30,133 nucleotides of DNA from a virus (lineage: Duplodnaviria > Heunggongvirae > Uroviricota > Caudoviricetes). The position numbers and the translations under genes were made by a program. Each line of letters starts with the position of its first letter. Positions within the stretch are counted from its first letter, which is position 1. The notes beneath the pieces are model-generated. The model was not told the origin of the DNA, made no database searches, and saw nothing but the letters and a program-made list of their open reading frames with translations. Of this stretch, positions 1 through 9,510 are shown piece after piece. The stretch lies in IMG/VR virus record IMGVR_UViG_2919367315_000003, positions 1 through 30,133 of that record; one strand, 5' to 3'.

Positions 1-414
1 TTATTTTGTAACTGGTGTTGCTGCTATCGATGTATTCATTAATCGAATACCTTCATGGACTAGAATTTTAATTAACTTTAATTCATTTTCAGTTGGGTTC
101 ACATTTAACTTGTTTAGCAATTCATCTACTGTATCAGAAGTTACCTTTTCTTTTTGTTCAAGTGTCAAAGCATCATTAGAGTAGTTATGTACATATTCAA
201 TTACTTCGGATGCTACATCTAACACAAAATTTGCTTTACCTTTATATTGTTCAGTAAGTGGAACCACTTCTAAAACTAACTTACTAATATCGACACTCTT
301 CAGGATATTATCCGTTTCACTCAGTTTAATACCTCGCTTACGAAACCAAGTCATAACTAATACACTCAATAGAACAAACAACACTGTTCCACCAATAACA
401 TATATATCATTCAT
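1..414 (-). CDS. Holin-like membrane protein (single N-terminal TM, LL-H-like architecture)
   Basis: 137 aa; hydrophobic N-terminus IYVIGGTVLFVLLSVLVMTWF followed by RKR, then a helical soluble part; directly downstream of the endolysin; SD AAAGGA upstream. Confidence 0.55.
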   Translation of the reverse strand: MNDIYVIGGTVLFVLLSVLVMTWFRKRGIKLSETDNILKSVDISKLVLEVVPLTEQYKGKANFVLDVASEVIEYVHNYSNDALTLEQKEKVTSDTVDELLNKLNVNPTENELKLIKILVHEGIRLMNTSIAATPVTK

Positions 415-446
415 TAAAAATCATCCTTTGTTATTATATTTGCGTA

Positions 447-1328
447 TTAATTGAAGAATCCCTTGCGGTACAACACAGTAATTAACCGATAAAAGTCATA
501 ACTGCCGCCAGAAGTCGTATCTACAGCACCAGCATTTTTAGCAGCGACACATGCTTCTGAAGCCCATGTTGGAATAGTATCCATTTGTAACTTGACTGTT
601 AATTCTTTTACTTGTGCTTGTAGTGCTTCAAATGCTACTTTTTCTTCTTTTGTCATAGGTTGATCTTCCTCACTTACTGTGGTTTTATTTTTATTTTTTA
701 ATTGATCTAACTCTGCTTGAATCTGAGGTAGAAAGTTTTTCTTCGCTGCTGCGACTGTATTACCGTCACCCCAAAATGCAGTACCCGGACATGTCTTACT
801 TGATTCACCGGGAGTATAATCTGTCAGTCGTGTACCCCCATACGTAAACCATGCGTGATAGACTATATGATTTGTATCAATAAATAGATTAAACTTTTCA
901 GCTAGACAGGCATAAACATGAACAATGGCGTTCTTTTGATTGTTGGTCATAATGTCATTGCCTTTGTCGAAGTAACCAATGATCTCAATACAAATGGCTC
1001 CACTGTTGGCATTACGAATCCCAGCAGGTGTTTTATTTAGGTTTCTGTCTAATGAAATAGCTACTTTTCCATCTTCAAATATGGTTATATTTTGACCTGT
1101 CCCAGACCATCCCTCACTTAAATGATATCTTCTCATTCCTTCAAGACACTCAAAATGATCTTGTTGAGCAACACCATTAACCATTCTGCGCGTTTTATAA
1201 TTAGGCGAGGCTGTATGATGGACTTGAAGACGGTCAATGTTTCGAGTAACGGCTTGTTTGCTTAGCCATTCACGGAACTCATCCCGATCCATGAGTAAAA
1301 AGTTACCTAGTTGAATCATTTGAATCAT
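447..1328 (-). CDS. Endolysin, N-acetylmuramoyl-L-alanine amidase (Amidase_2 type) with C-terminal cell-wall-binding/SLH-like segment
   Basis: Zn-amidase motifs LQVHHTA, ICIEIIG, VYHAW, SKTCPG; C-terminal IPTWASEA...YRLITVLYRKG; adjacent to holin. True start may be the second ATG at 1319 (better SD spacing). Confidence 0.9.
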   Translation of the reverse strand: MIQMIQLGNFLLMDRDEFREWLSKQAVTRNIDRLQVHHTASPNYKTRRMVNGVAQQDHFECLEGMRRYHLSEGWSGTGQNITIFEDGKVAISLDRNLNKTPAGIRNANSGAICIEIIGYFDKGNDIMTNNQKNAIVHVYACLAEKFNLFIDTNHIVYHAWFTYGGTRLTDYTPGESSKTCPGTAFWGDGNTVAAAKKNFLPQIQAELDQLKNKNKTTVSEEDQPMTKEEKVAFEALQAQVKELTVKLQMDTIPTWASEACVAAKNAGAVDTTSGGSYDFYRLITVLYRKGFFN

Positions 1329-1851
1329 TCCCTTCTGAGATGTCGTTGTCTTCCATAAACTCTTTTTTCTTCTTTTTAACTAAAATTAGAAACCAAGCCA
1401 TATCTGTATGTCCTGCATCAATTAAGTTTTCGGCAATACTTTGTGTCTCTCTAAAAAACATGAATCCATAACAAATCGAAGTAATTGCGATAGCTATTTG
1501 TGGCAGAAACTCAGTGAATCTCATAAAAAGACCACAACAAATCATAACCATCAAAACACTTACAAGCTTTTTCTTTGTTCCTCTCCACATGGATTCAGAG
1601 GATATCTTTCTTGTTATAATTGCATTTCGAAAACCACCATTTTGCATTGAAATAGCATAATATTTCGTAGCTATATCTAAAATAAGTGCAACAAAGAGGC
1701 CAACAGTGGGAGCCACATATGCTTCATTGGGGAAAAGTAAATACGAAACAATGGTTGAAATAAACACAAAAACAGGTCTAACATACTCGACTGACTTATA
1801 GGCATACTCATAAGCACCAGTCATTATTTCTAAAAATTCATTCTCTTTCAT
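1303..1851 (-). CDS. Phage holin (Phage_holin_4_1/TcdE-like)
   Basis: Several TM segments; motifs LILDIAT, ISSESMWRGTKKK, FRETQSIAENL typical of this family; basic C-terminal stretch; immediately upstream of the endolysin. Confidence 0.8.
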   Translation of the reverse strand: MKENEFLEIMTGAYEYAYKSVEYVRPVFVFISTIVSYLLFPNEAYVAPTVGLFVALILDIATKYYAISMQNGGFRNAIITRKISSESMWRGTKKKLVSVLMVMICCGLFMRFTEFLPQIAIAITSICYGFMFFRETQSIAENLIDAGHTDMAWFLILVKKKKKEFMEDNDISEGNDSNDSTR

Positions 1852-1877
1852 TGGTTAAACCTACTTTTCAATAATAT

Positions 1878-1903
1878 AAAAGACTCCTCATTAGAAGAGT
1901 CTT
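1878..1903 (-). terminator. Putative intrinsic terminator after the tail cassette
   Basis: Minus strand AAGACTC-ttctaatgag-GAGTCTT followed by TT. Confidence 0.5.
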
Positions 1904-1926
1904 CGTAAAATGTCTCTTTTATAAAA

Positions 1927-3744
1927 CTATAAAATGTACCAATACACACCAGATGATCTACCTTTGACTATAATAAAGCTGCTTAAGTCGCTTACATCCC
2001 TTTTTCTGATTTGTGCTACAGCATTTAAATCATTGTCTCTCGCCAATCTCGGATACAAGAAACCGCCTAAGTCTGGTCTACTAATCATTGCTTTAGACTC
2101 AACGTTATGAACATTCTTGATGTCTACAGTTGAATCCAAGTCATTTTTCTGGCGAATATCAATGGTTGCTTCTAAATATTCACGGTTCTTTACATACAGA
2201 GTACTGTCAACATCATAGAAGTTCTTAACCTCAATCCATGATCCCAAGTCTGGACGCGAAACAATTACATTAGCTTCTCGATAATAAAAGAAAGGAACCT
2301 GAACAAATGAATCTAAGTCATTATCACCGATGGCTCTGATAACAACACTGCCGCCTAAGTCAGGCTTATTTACAATCAAACTGCTTTCAATATCTGAGAA
2401 TCTTATACCTTGAACCATTAGGCTTGATTCTATATCGCTGTTAACACGCTTATACTTAGACACTGTTAAGCTTGCATTCATTTCTGGTCTAGATACAGTT
2501 ATGAAGCTATCAATTGCAGATTCTCTTCTATATGCAACTGTAAGTTCACTTTCAAGGCTCATCTTAGGATCAACTGTTAACCTTGCTCCCAAATCAGGTT
2601 TAGATATCATCACCGATGAGTCGGGTGCAGATGTTCCAAAGTTAGCAACACTAATAGATGCAGATAGGTCGTTATCTTTGCGATATACAACTTTTAGTGT
2701 ACTGTTTATGTTTGGTCTAGAGATTGCTAATGTTGAGTCGGTATCATGCTGCATAAAGTCTTTGTACTTGTGGACATATAAAGAAGCAGGGAGATAGTTA
2801 AACCCAAAATTACTTTTAACCGTAAGACTACCCGTCACTTCTTTTCTTCCTGCACCATAGACGAATAGAGTAGAATTTAAATCTCCTCGTCCAAAACTAT
2901 AGTTCTGACTTGTAATGTATTTAAGCTGAAGAACAGGGGGCTTTAGCGATTCTCTAGTATTGAAATAGGTTGGATGCGAACTTTCCGATTTAATAATAAG
3001 TCCATAATTGATTAGTGATTCATCTTGCCAGCGTTTGACCAAATCAAACACATCGAATTCAATGTACTTACTCGTTCTGTTGACGGTGTAAGAGTCTAAT
3101 AATAGTTCAGTTCCATAAGGCTTGTTGGCATATGTAATGCCGTACTCACGCCACAATGTATTGGGCAGGTACACCTTAATGTCCGTGTCATCCGTAAAAC
3201 TTCCACTATAATATAGTCGTAACTTGGCTTCTTCGAGCTTATTTAGATCTGGTACAACAACTTTCAAATCACCAAAGTTTACAAAACCCTCAAATTGTTC
3301 TGTATCTGACTGACCAATCATCATGGATTGCGTATCGCCATAGTTTACGGTTTGCAAATCTAAACGACTTCGTGTTGTAGCATCCTCAATTGGGTTTAAG
3401 TCCTTGGTGACTCTAGGAGCCTCCATTAGCTCAAACTTACCCAGTAGCCGATTGTGAGGTCTGACTTCTAATGAACCACTTAAATAGTTGACAGAAGTTG
3501 ATTCTAATACTGAATTAATATCAGCATTACCTCTATACTTGATATCTAATTGGCTGCTAACATCTGCTGATCGCTGAACACGTATAGTAATCGTTGCATC
3601 TACTGTTGTTTCTCTGCGATAAGCAACCAACATCTCAGAGTTTACTTCGCTTGTCTCTTGTCGATATAGTACAAATTTACCCTCCATACGGTTGGAGGGA
3701 GATTTTATAAATATTTCACCGCCTAATTCATGAAATGCATCCAA
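1927..3744 (-). CDS. DNRLRE (CBM96-like) domain protein with beta-repeat stalk; tail adhesin
   Basis: Central LNPIEDAT...NYG...EAKLRLY...WREYGITYANKP...LVKRW...NYGLIIK...FNTRES..PPVLQLKY, flanked by short L-x-S-x-L-x-V and SRPDLG repeats. Start set at TTG 3744 (SD AGGAAGTG) rather than 3765. Confidence 0.75.
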   Translation of the reverse strand: MDAFHELGGEIFIKSPSNRMEGKFVLYRQETSEVNSEMLVAYRRETTVDATITIRVQRSADVSSQLDIKYRGNADINSVLESTSVNYLSGSLEVRPHNRLLGKFELMEAPRVTKDLNPIEDATTRSRLDLQTVNYGDTQSMMIGQSDTEQFEGFVNFGDLKVVVPDLNKLEEAKLRLYYSGSFTDDTDIKVYLPNTLWREYGITYANKPYGTELLLDSYTVNRTSKYIEFDVFDLVKRWQDESLINYGLIIKSESSHPTYFNTRESLKPPVLQLKYITSQNYSFGRGDLNSTLFVYGAGRKEVTGSLTVKSNFGFNYLPASLYVHKYKDFMQHDTDSTLAISRPNINSTLKVVYRKDNDLSASISVANFGTSAPDSSVMISKPDLGARLTVDPKMSLESELTVAYRRESAIDSFITVSRPEMNASLTVSKYKRVNSDIESSLMVQGIRFSDIESSLIVNKPDLGGSVVIRAIGDNDLDSFVQVPFFYYREANVIVSRPDLGSWIEVKNFYDVDSTLYVKNREYLEATIDIRQKNDLDSTVDIKNVHNVESKAMISRPDLGGFLYPRLARDNDLNAVAQIRKRDVSDLSSFIIVKGRSSGVYWYIL

Positions 3745-3777
3745 TTGCTCACTTCCTAACATCACATTGTATTGTGA

Positions 3778-5874
3778 TTATACTGCTTTGTTTGAATTGA
3801 TCTTGAGTTCGAATATCCCATTAGGCACAGGTTTAGCTTCTATGTCCGCAACAATTCTCACGTAAAATTCCTGCGTCTCTAGTGGTTTAGTTAACCCGTA
3901 TGTAATATAATCTGTTGCTAAAAATGGGGATTGTGCACGTGATAGTTCCACAGTTACACCTTTGGGTAATTTATCTTTATTTACCTCAAGCAACAAATTG
4001 TCAATGGAGTATCCTAACTGATTCTTAATTACAACTTTTTGGTCAACCGTAGTTTGACCAGCAAAGATCATACCGAAATCTAGATACTTAAGAATGCCAC
4101 CAAATGTATCAGATAGATATTCACCAGACTCATCCATAAACATTAAACCTGTGTATGTACCTGCAAACGTTGTTTCCCAATAGTCAGTTTTGCCCCAGTA
4201 ATCTTTAAACTCTACACGTAGCTTATTGTCTTTATCAAAATGCATATCTCGTTCGGATATATTGAGATTGATATCAACTGGAGATGGGGCTAGGCGGGTA
4301 AATGAACCATCATTCGGGAAATAGGGCAGATCATTGAGCAACACCCGGTACTGTACTTTACCCTTATCTTCATCGTTTATTTGTCCTAGAATCTTACCGC
4401 TGTTAAATGTGAGTTGAATTGTTGCTTCAGTGTTAAGGACATAAAAAGATAGGTTCTGAAATTTGGTGTCGTCAACATTTGACTTAATTACCAGTTGAGT
4501 AGCGTCAATTTTAGTAGGATTAAGCGATTCTTGTTTCTTGTCTTCTATGTAATATCCAAATCTAACTTTGTCACCCTGATTTTTAAAGTTACTTTCAACT
4601 AGCTTAGATATTTCTTTGTAGGACATTGCTTGCTTACTGATAGCGTTTATATTATCTACATCTACATAGCTCCACTTACCATAACGATACGCCTTCCATG
4701 ATTGTCCTGAATCAAATGAAAGTAAAAACTTTGCATTATTACTAACACTCTTGACTATCGTAATCGCCTGAAGGGAACCGGGTAGAGTGAAGTCGTTAGA
4801 TTGCTTGATGAACTGATTGACTGGTAAAGCGCCAAGCGAGAGTTTAGGAGGGTTATTTGATTCATCTGTCCACGTGACAACTTCAAAATTATTATGGATA
4901 TCATCTAATGGGGAATAATTAGCATTATACTCTATAGAGGCTGCTGTCTTAGTTAATTCATCGGTGTAGTAGAGGACATCAATATTGTCACCAAGTTCGT
5001 CGTAAAGGATAAAAGGTTCGACTTCTGTAGAGATAATGGATTCTGTCTGTGTAGGGCTATCTGTATATTCTATTACTTTTACAGTTTTACCTTCCCACTC
5101 ACGAGCTAAAGTATATGGTTCGGTTTCAATTTTAAATGCAACTTTATCTCTGTTGGGGTTGTCGGAATAATAGCATAAGTCAATTGGAGTTTTGAAATAC
5201 TTCCAGTCTGATTCCCTAATAATATTTGCATCTTTGATTCCTTGATTTAAGTAGATTTCTTCAGTAATAGCACCTTGAATCGTCTCCCATTCACCAGAGG
5301 AATTGTATGTATAATACGTATCACCATTTTTTATCAATAACCGTTGAAACTCATCTAGCTTTCGATACCCAGTGGGAGTTGCGTATTTAAATGTTGAACT
5401 TCCAAAGTTAAATTCACACGACGAAGGGTAGTAATTGCCCATAATAGGGTAAACAGGAACGTCTTGCGGAATACCAGTTGAAACAGTGCCTTGAGAAAGA
5501 CCGTTTTTATAAAAAGTAATTGAGTTTGAAAAGTAGTCGTAGGCCATACCAATTAGATCGCCCTCTTTATAAGCTGTTCCAAATGTTTTTGAACCCGGAA
5601 ATAATTTACCCCCGTCTCCATAATAGGAGATATAGTTTATATAATTTGAAGTACCGATACCAAGATGTGTGGTATATCCACCGGTTTCTCCATTTGCGCT
5701 AAATACCTTGGCTTCCCAATAAACTTTGTCTTGAGGTAGTGGCAGGTTCGCCATACACCAAGAATTATGATTGGCATTATCAGTAATGGTGACTTTCAGA
5801 CCTAATGGATCGACTACAACAGCATTGAGGGAACTGTTCTTTGACTTATTTGGATCAATTAAATATGTAGTCAA
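3778..5874 (-). CDS. Multidomain tail/fibre protein: N-terminal SPRY, shared module, four internal repeats, C-terminal Ig-like domain
   Basis: SPRY motifs KVYWEAKV, GDLIGMAYD, ITFYKNG, FNFGSSTFKYATPTGY; TTG start with SD AAGGAG. Confidence 0.75.
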   Translation of the reverse strand: MTTYLIDPNKSKNSSLNAVVVDPLGLKVTITDNANHNSWCMANLPLPQDKVYWEAKVFSANGETGGYTTHLGIGTSNYINYISYYGDGGKLFPGSKTFGTAYKEGDLIGMAYDYFSNSITFYKNGLSQGTVSTGIPQDVPVYPIMGNYYPSSCEFNFGSSTFKYATPTGYRKLDEFQRLLIKNGDTYYTYNSSGEWETIQGAITEEIYLNQGIKDANIIRESDWKYFKTPIDLCYYSDNPNRDKVAFKIETEPYTLAREWEGKTVKVIEYTDSPTQTESIISTEVEPFILYDELGDNIDVLYYTDELTKTAASIEYNANYSPLDDIHNNFEVVTWTDESNNPPKLSLGALPVNQFIKQSNDFTLPGSLQAITIVKSVSNNAKFLLSFDSGQSWKAYRYGKWSYVDVDNINAISKQAMSYKEISKLVESNFKNQGDKVRFGYYIEDKKQESLNPTKIDATQLVIKSNVDDTKFQNLSFYVLNTEATIQLTFNSGKILGQINDEDKGKVQYRVLLNDLPYFPNDGSFTRLAPSPVDINLNISERDMHFDKDNKLRVEFKDYWGKTDYWETTFAGTYTGLMFMDESGEYLSDTFGGILKYLDFGMIFAGQTTVDQKVVIKNQLGYSIDNLLLEVNKDKLPKGVTVELSRAQSPFLATDYITYGLTKPLETQEFYVRIVADIEAKPVPNGIFELKINSNKAV

Positions 5875-5899
5875 TATTGTTTAACTCCTTTCTGAGATA

Positions 5900-7159
5900 T
5901 TAACTAATTAAGATACTTTTTATTGGTGTTTTAATTGGATCAACCAATTGCTTGTACACTTTACCAGAACCAAAAACAGTTGGATTGTTGCTGACGTATT
6001 CTTTATTTTTAAGAGTTTCTTCTAGATTAATTTGGGTAGACTTATCTAAACCTTGAGATATAAAATCGTTTTCGGAGGCAGATGACAGATATTTTATTCT
6101 TCCGTTATCAATTACTCCATACATTTCAATTTCATCAATTTCTAGATAAGAAGAATCGCCATTCACAAGCAATACATTTAGTCGATACTTTTTATAACTT
6201 CCTGATTCGGATATAGAAAATGTTTTTTTTGTTCCATTTACCCAATCCGTGACATCATCTCTTTTGTCTAATACTATCCATTGACCATCTAGATACCCCT
6301 CAAATGTCCAATTTTTAGGCTGTCTTGTTGCAGTAGAGGACTTTATCGCATAACTTGTTACCTCAGTCGCATTCAAAAATTCATAGCTTATCCAAGTAGG
6401 TAGAGAGGCAACTGAAGCCATCCACACACCACTAGATCCACTAATCCCATCAAACGCCCTCCACGGGTAATTGGTTCCCCATACATTACTGGCCTCAACC
6501 GTTCCAGTGGGAGACGTATTACTTGTCATTTTTGGAACTAAAGTGGCGTTACTTATCACTGACGGTGAATAACTCATAAAGTTTTCATCCGAAACTATTA
6601 AAAATTTTTCTATATTTTCCCACGCGTAAGGTAGATAACCAGAGGGCATTGAATACGCAAATGCAGTGCTACCGAAGTTCGCTTCTATGGTGGCTAAGGA
6701 AGTAGCACTACCACCACCAGTACCGCTTGTTACAGTGGCATAGATTGTCCCCATAGACAAAATATCCGTGTGTGATACACCCTGACTGACTCCATTTCTC
6801 CAAAATTCCAATAGTCCATTGTCAAGGTCAATTAAAATTGAAATTATATCACCGTTTGAAATAGAAGCGCCATAAGCCTTGTTTTCGGGGTATTTAACTC
6901 CATTTACATAATAAAGTCTTGCATTATTGGTTCCTGAAAACGAGCTATTCATGGGAGCATTTGCGTTACATATCCCAAAAATTCCCATTCCAGCGGTGAT
7001 AACCTTATATTCTAAATACCATTTCCCAGTGAATTTGCTTATGGTCGCCCTTACATTTCCTGAGTAATTGGGTACTGCTGCGGTTAAATTTCCATTTGTA
7101 AGAGTAGATGACGATCCTTTGTTTACAGCGTCCCATGCAGTTTTAAAATTTAAAGCCAA
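5900..7159 (-). CDS. SPRY + F5/8 type C (discoidin) domain tail protein
   Basis: GKWYLEY, GDIISILIDLD, EFWRNG, ANFG..F.Y..P.GY (SPRY); PKMTSN, WRAFDG, PKNWTFEG, YKKYRL, IDEIEMY (discoidin); TTG start. Confidence 0.85.
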   Translation of the reverse strand: MALNFKTAWDAVNKGSSSTLTNGNLTAAVPNYSGNVRATISKFTGKWYLEYKVITAGMGIFGICNANAPMNSSFSGTNNARLYYVNGVKYPENKAYGASISNGDIISILIDLDNGLLEFWRNGVSQGVSHTDILSMGTIYATVTSGTGGGSATSLATIEANFGSTAFAYSMPSGYLPYAWENIEKFLIVSDENFMSYSPSVISNATLVPKMTSNTSPTGTVEASNVWGTNYPWRAFDGISGSSGVWMASVASLPTWISYEFLNATEVTSYAIKSSTATRQPKNWTFEGYLDGQWIVLDKRDDVTDWVNGTKKTFSISESGSYKKYRLNVLLVNGDSSYLEIDEIEMYGVIDNGRIKYLSSASENDFISQGLDKSTQINLEETLKNKEYVSNNPTVFGSGKVYKQLVDPIKTPIKSILIS

Positions 7160-7175
7160 AATTGTACCACCTTTC

Positions 7176-8630
7176 CTAAAAAGAAAAGTTATTAACTCTC
7201 TTTTTTGACATGTCGATTGTATGCTCGAAAGTTTTACCTGATCCTAAAGTTTTATCTGAAAATTGAATGTCTATATACCTATTTAAACGGTTGCTCAGGT
7301 TTAATGCACTGTCAAAATTCATTCCGTATTTTTGAAATGAATATTCATTATTATCGGACATTACAATTAAGTTAGGGACGGTCAATAGTTCAAACATTTT
7401 TAATTCCCCAACACTGGTATAATCTGTAGCTCCACCATTTGCTGTCCAATTCAATCTATATGTAGTAAAAGCTTTTACATTTTCAAATTCAAAAACCTTG
7501 TCAGTTATAGGAGTATTCCAAGTTTGCTTAGATTGCCTATCAAGGACTTCCCATGTCCCATCAAATCCATTTGTGCTGTTATTTGAACCTTCAAATGTCC
7601 AATTCTTAGGCAATCGATTGTAGCTAGTTAGAGTCCCATTTCGAACGACATATTTAGCAATGATTTTAGGTGCTGTAAATTTATAACCTAAGAATCCGGC
7701 CCCACCTGAACTATTAGTGGAACAATAGCCTTCATTTTCGTCAATTTGGTTGAAAGCGAGATACGCTTCATTTGTGCCATATGCACCTTTTGAAAAAGCC
7801 AATCCAGACGGTGCGGCGTTGTTTGTCATCTTGGGAATGGTTGTTGAATCTGAAATTTTTTTTGGAGTAGTCGAATAAAACCTATTATTCGACGAAAGTA
7901 TTACTTTAATATACTTAAGACTTCCCCAAGCAAATTCGCCATTGTATACACCGTTCGCAGTTGTTTGAGTAGTTGGATTATAGTCAGCATCAAAAGAAGT
8001 TACTATATTGCCGACATCGGGAGTAAAATTGTTCGCTAATGTGCAATTTATGAAATCACCTCTTGAGCCACCGCTGTTAGTGTCATTACTTGAAAATATC
8101 GGCAACATTGAACAATTAACATACTCCAATTTTCTAATTGATGAGCCAGCAGAGTTGCCAGCAAAAATAGGAAACCATGTGGGTGAATATGGCTTGTTAT
8201 CCCACACGCAATTTTTAAATGAGAGATTAAGAACTGAACCGTCGAAGAAATACTCAAATGTTCTCCCCTCATTTCCTGAAGAAGGTCTTTGTATGATAAG
8301 TCCGATAAATGTATTGGCCTTATTCATCGTGAATCCTCCAGCAGTAACATTTGCCAAACTAAGTATGACATGCTTAGTCTTATCTCTAAGAGTAATGGAG
8401 GCTATAGTAATCTCGTAATTAGCATTAAGCACTGATGTAAGTCTTGACTCTGTATATGTTCCTTCTTTAGCAATATAGATCAGAGTTTTATCAGCATTAA
8501 CCGAAGCGACTGCCTTACTTATTGTCTTAAATGGAGAATTAGCAGAACCAGTATTTGTATCCAAACCTGATGTACCATTTACATATAAAATTTTAGAGAA
8601 CGACTCAATAAATCCACCGAAACTAGGCAT
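7176..8630 (-). CDS. Beta-helix (DUF1565-like N-terminus) + discoidin domain tail protein
   Basis: LYVNGTSGLDTNTGSANSPFKTISKAV and IYIAKEGTY at the N-terminus; PKMTNN, YLAFNQ, PKNWTFEGSN, YRLNW, VGELKMF discoidin motifs. Confidence 0.8.
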   Translation of the reverse strand: MPSFGGFIESFSKILYVNGTSGLDTNTGSANSPFKTISKAVASVNADKTLIYIAKEGTYTESRLTSVLNANYEITIASITLRDKTKHVILSLANVTAGGFTMNKANTFIGLIIQRPSSGNEGRTFEYFFDGSVLNLSFKNCVWDNKPYSPTWFPIFAGNSAGSSIRKLEYVNCSMLPIFSSNDTNSGGSRGDFINCTLANNFTPDVGNIVTSFDADYNPTTQTTANGVYNGEFAWGSLKYIKVILSSNNRFYSTTPKKISDSTTIPKMTNNAAPSGLAFSKGAYGTNEAYLAFNQIDENEGYCSTNSSGGAGFLGYKFTAPKIIAKYVVRNGTLTSYNRLPKNWTFEGSNNSTNGFDGTWEVLDRQSKQTWNTPITDKVFEFENVKAFTTYRLNWTANGGATDYTSVGELKMFELLTVPNLIVMSDNNEYSFQKYGMNFDSALNLSNRLNRYIDIQFSDKTLGSGKTFEHTIDMSKKRVNNFSF

Positions 8631-8659
8631 TTTTTATCACCACTTTCTGTATAAAATCG

Positions 8660-8917
8660 TTATTTTATTATGATGCTTGTAATGTCGAAGTACTTCTTCA
8701 GGTCAATTGTAGATTTAAATACTTTACCTGATACCAATGTCCCATCGTCGCTCATGGGTTGAGAAATTGTTTTGACACTACGATCCAATACACTTAAATC
8801 ATCTATACCCTTTGTTATAAAGTTGTCTTTAGTGGGGGAGGATGTAGTTACTGTTTGCCATGCTCCATTTAGATAGGTCTTATACATTCCGTTGTCATTA
8901 ATTAAATGTTTTTGCAT
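8660..8917 (-). CDS. Small tail-cassette protein consisting only of the shared module
   Basis: 85 aa, strong SD AGGAGG; N- and C-halves align by eye with segments of neighbouring proteins. Confidence 0.75.
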   Translation of the reverse strand: MQKHLINDNGMYKTYLNGAWQTVTTSSPTKDNFITKGIDDLSVLDRSVKTISQPMSDDGTLVSGKVFKSTIDLKKYFDITSIIIK

Positions 8918-8931
8918 TACGTAAAATCCTC

Positions 8932-9510
8932 CTAACTTTGAACACTTGATAGAGAGTCAATTTTCTTCCAAATAGACTTATCAATTGTTACTCTATGTAG
9001 TTGCCCATCTTCAGTCCAAGCCGAGTCCTTGACATAATCTAATATGTAGCTTCGTTTCATCTCCAAATAGTCTTGAGAAGTATTCAAAAATGCATTGTCG
9101 TAGTGATTGTCATTGAAGTCATCAACAGTGAAGATTAGATTCTCAGTGGGAGAGCTAAACAATTCAATCTTAATACGTGCATATGTATTTGTAGGTGATT
9201 GGACAGAACCATCAGTACCAACTTCAACATAGGGAGACCATTCGGTGCCATCAATAGATGATTGGGTAGATATCTTAAATGTTGAAGTTGTTCCACTAAC
9301 AATTGTATTTTTTACAACCTTTTCAAAGGCTTTGATCTTGTCGGCAATGTAAATTATCTCAGATTGCCAAGAACCACTTGAAGCATAAACTATCTTACCC
9401 GTATCACTTTTCTGTAGTTCTACTAGCTGAAGCTTACCGTCTTTATAAATTGTGTTTTCGTATTTACCTTTGGATAGATCTATGGGTATGCCAATTTCAG
9501 TTATACTCAT
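8932..9510 (-). CDS. Tail-cassette structural protein
   Basis: 192 aa; GKYENT..DGKLQL, SGSWQS, SSIDGTEWSPY, YARIKIEL beta-sandwich motifs; start overlaps the upstream stop (TAATG). Confidence 0.65.
   Translation of the reverse strand: MSITEIGIPIDLSKGKYENTIYKDGKLQLVELQKSDTGKIVYASSGSWQSEIIYIADKIKAFEKVVKNTIVSGTTSTFKISTQSSIDGTEWSPYVEVGTDGSVQSPTNTYARIKIELFSSPTENLIFTVDDFNDNHYDNAFLNTSQDYLEMKRSYILDYVKDSAWTEDGQLHRVTIDKSIWKKIDSLSSVQS

Noticed and set aside
3778-9510. DGR or shufflon as the explanation for the adhesin cassette
   Set aside because: No reverse transcriptase, no adenine-variant repeat pair noticed, no invertase, and all genes are co-oriented
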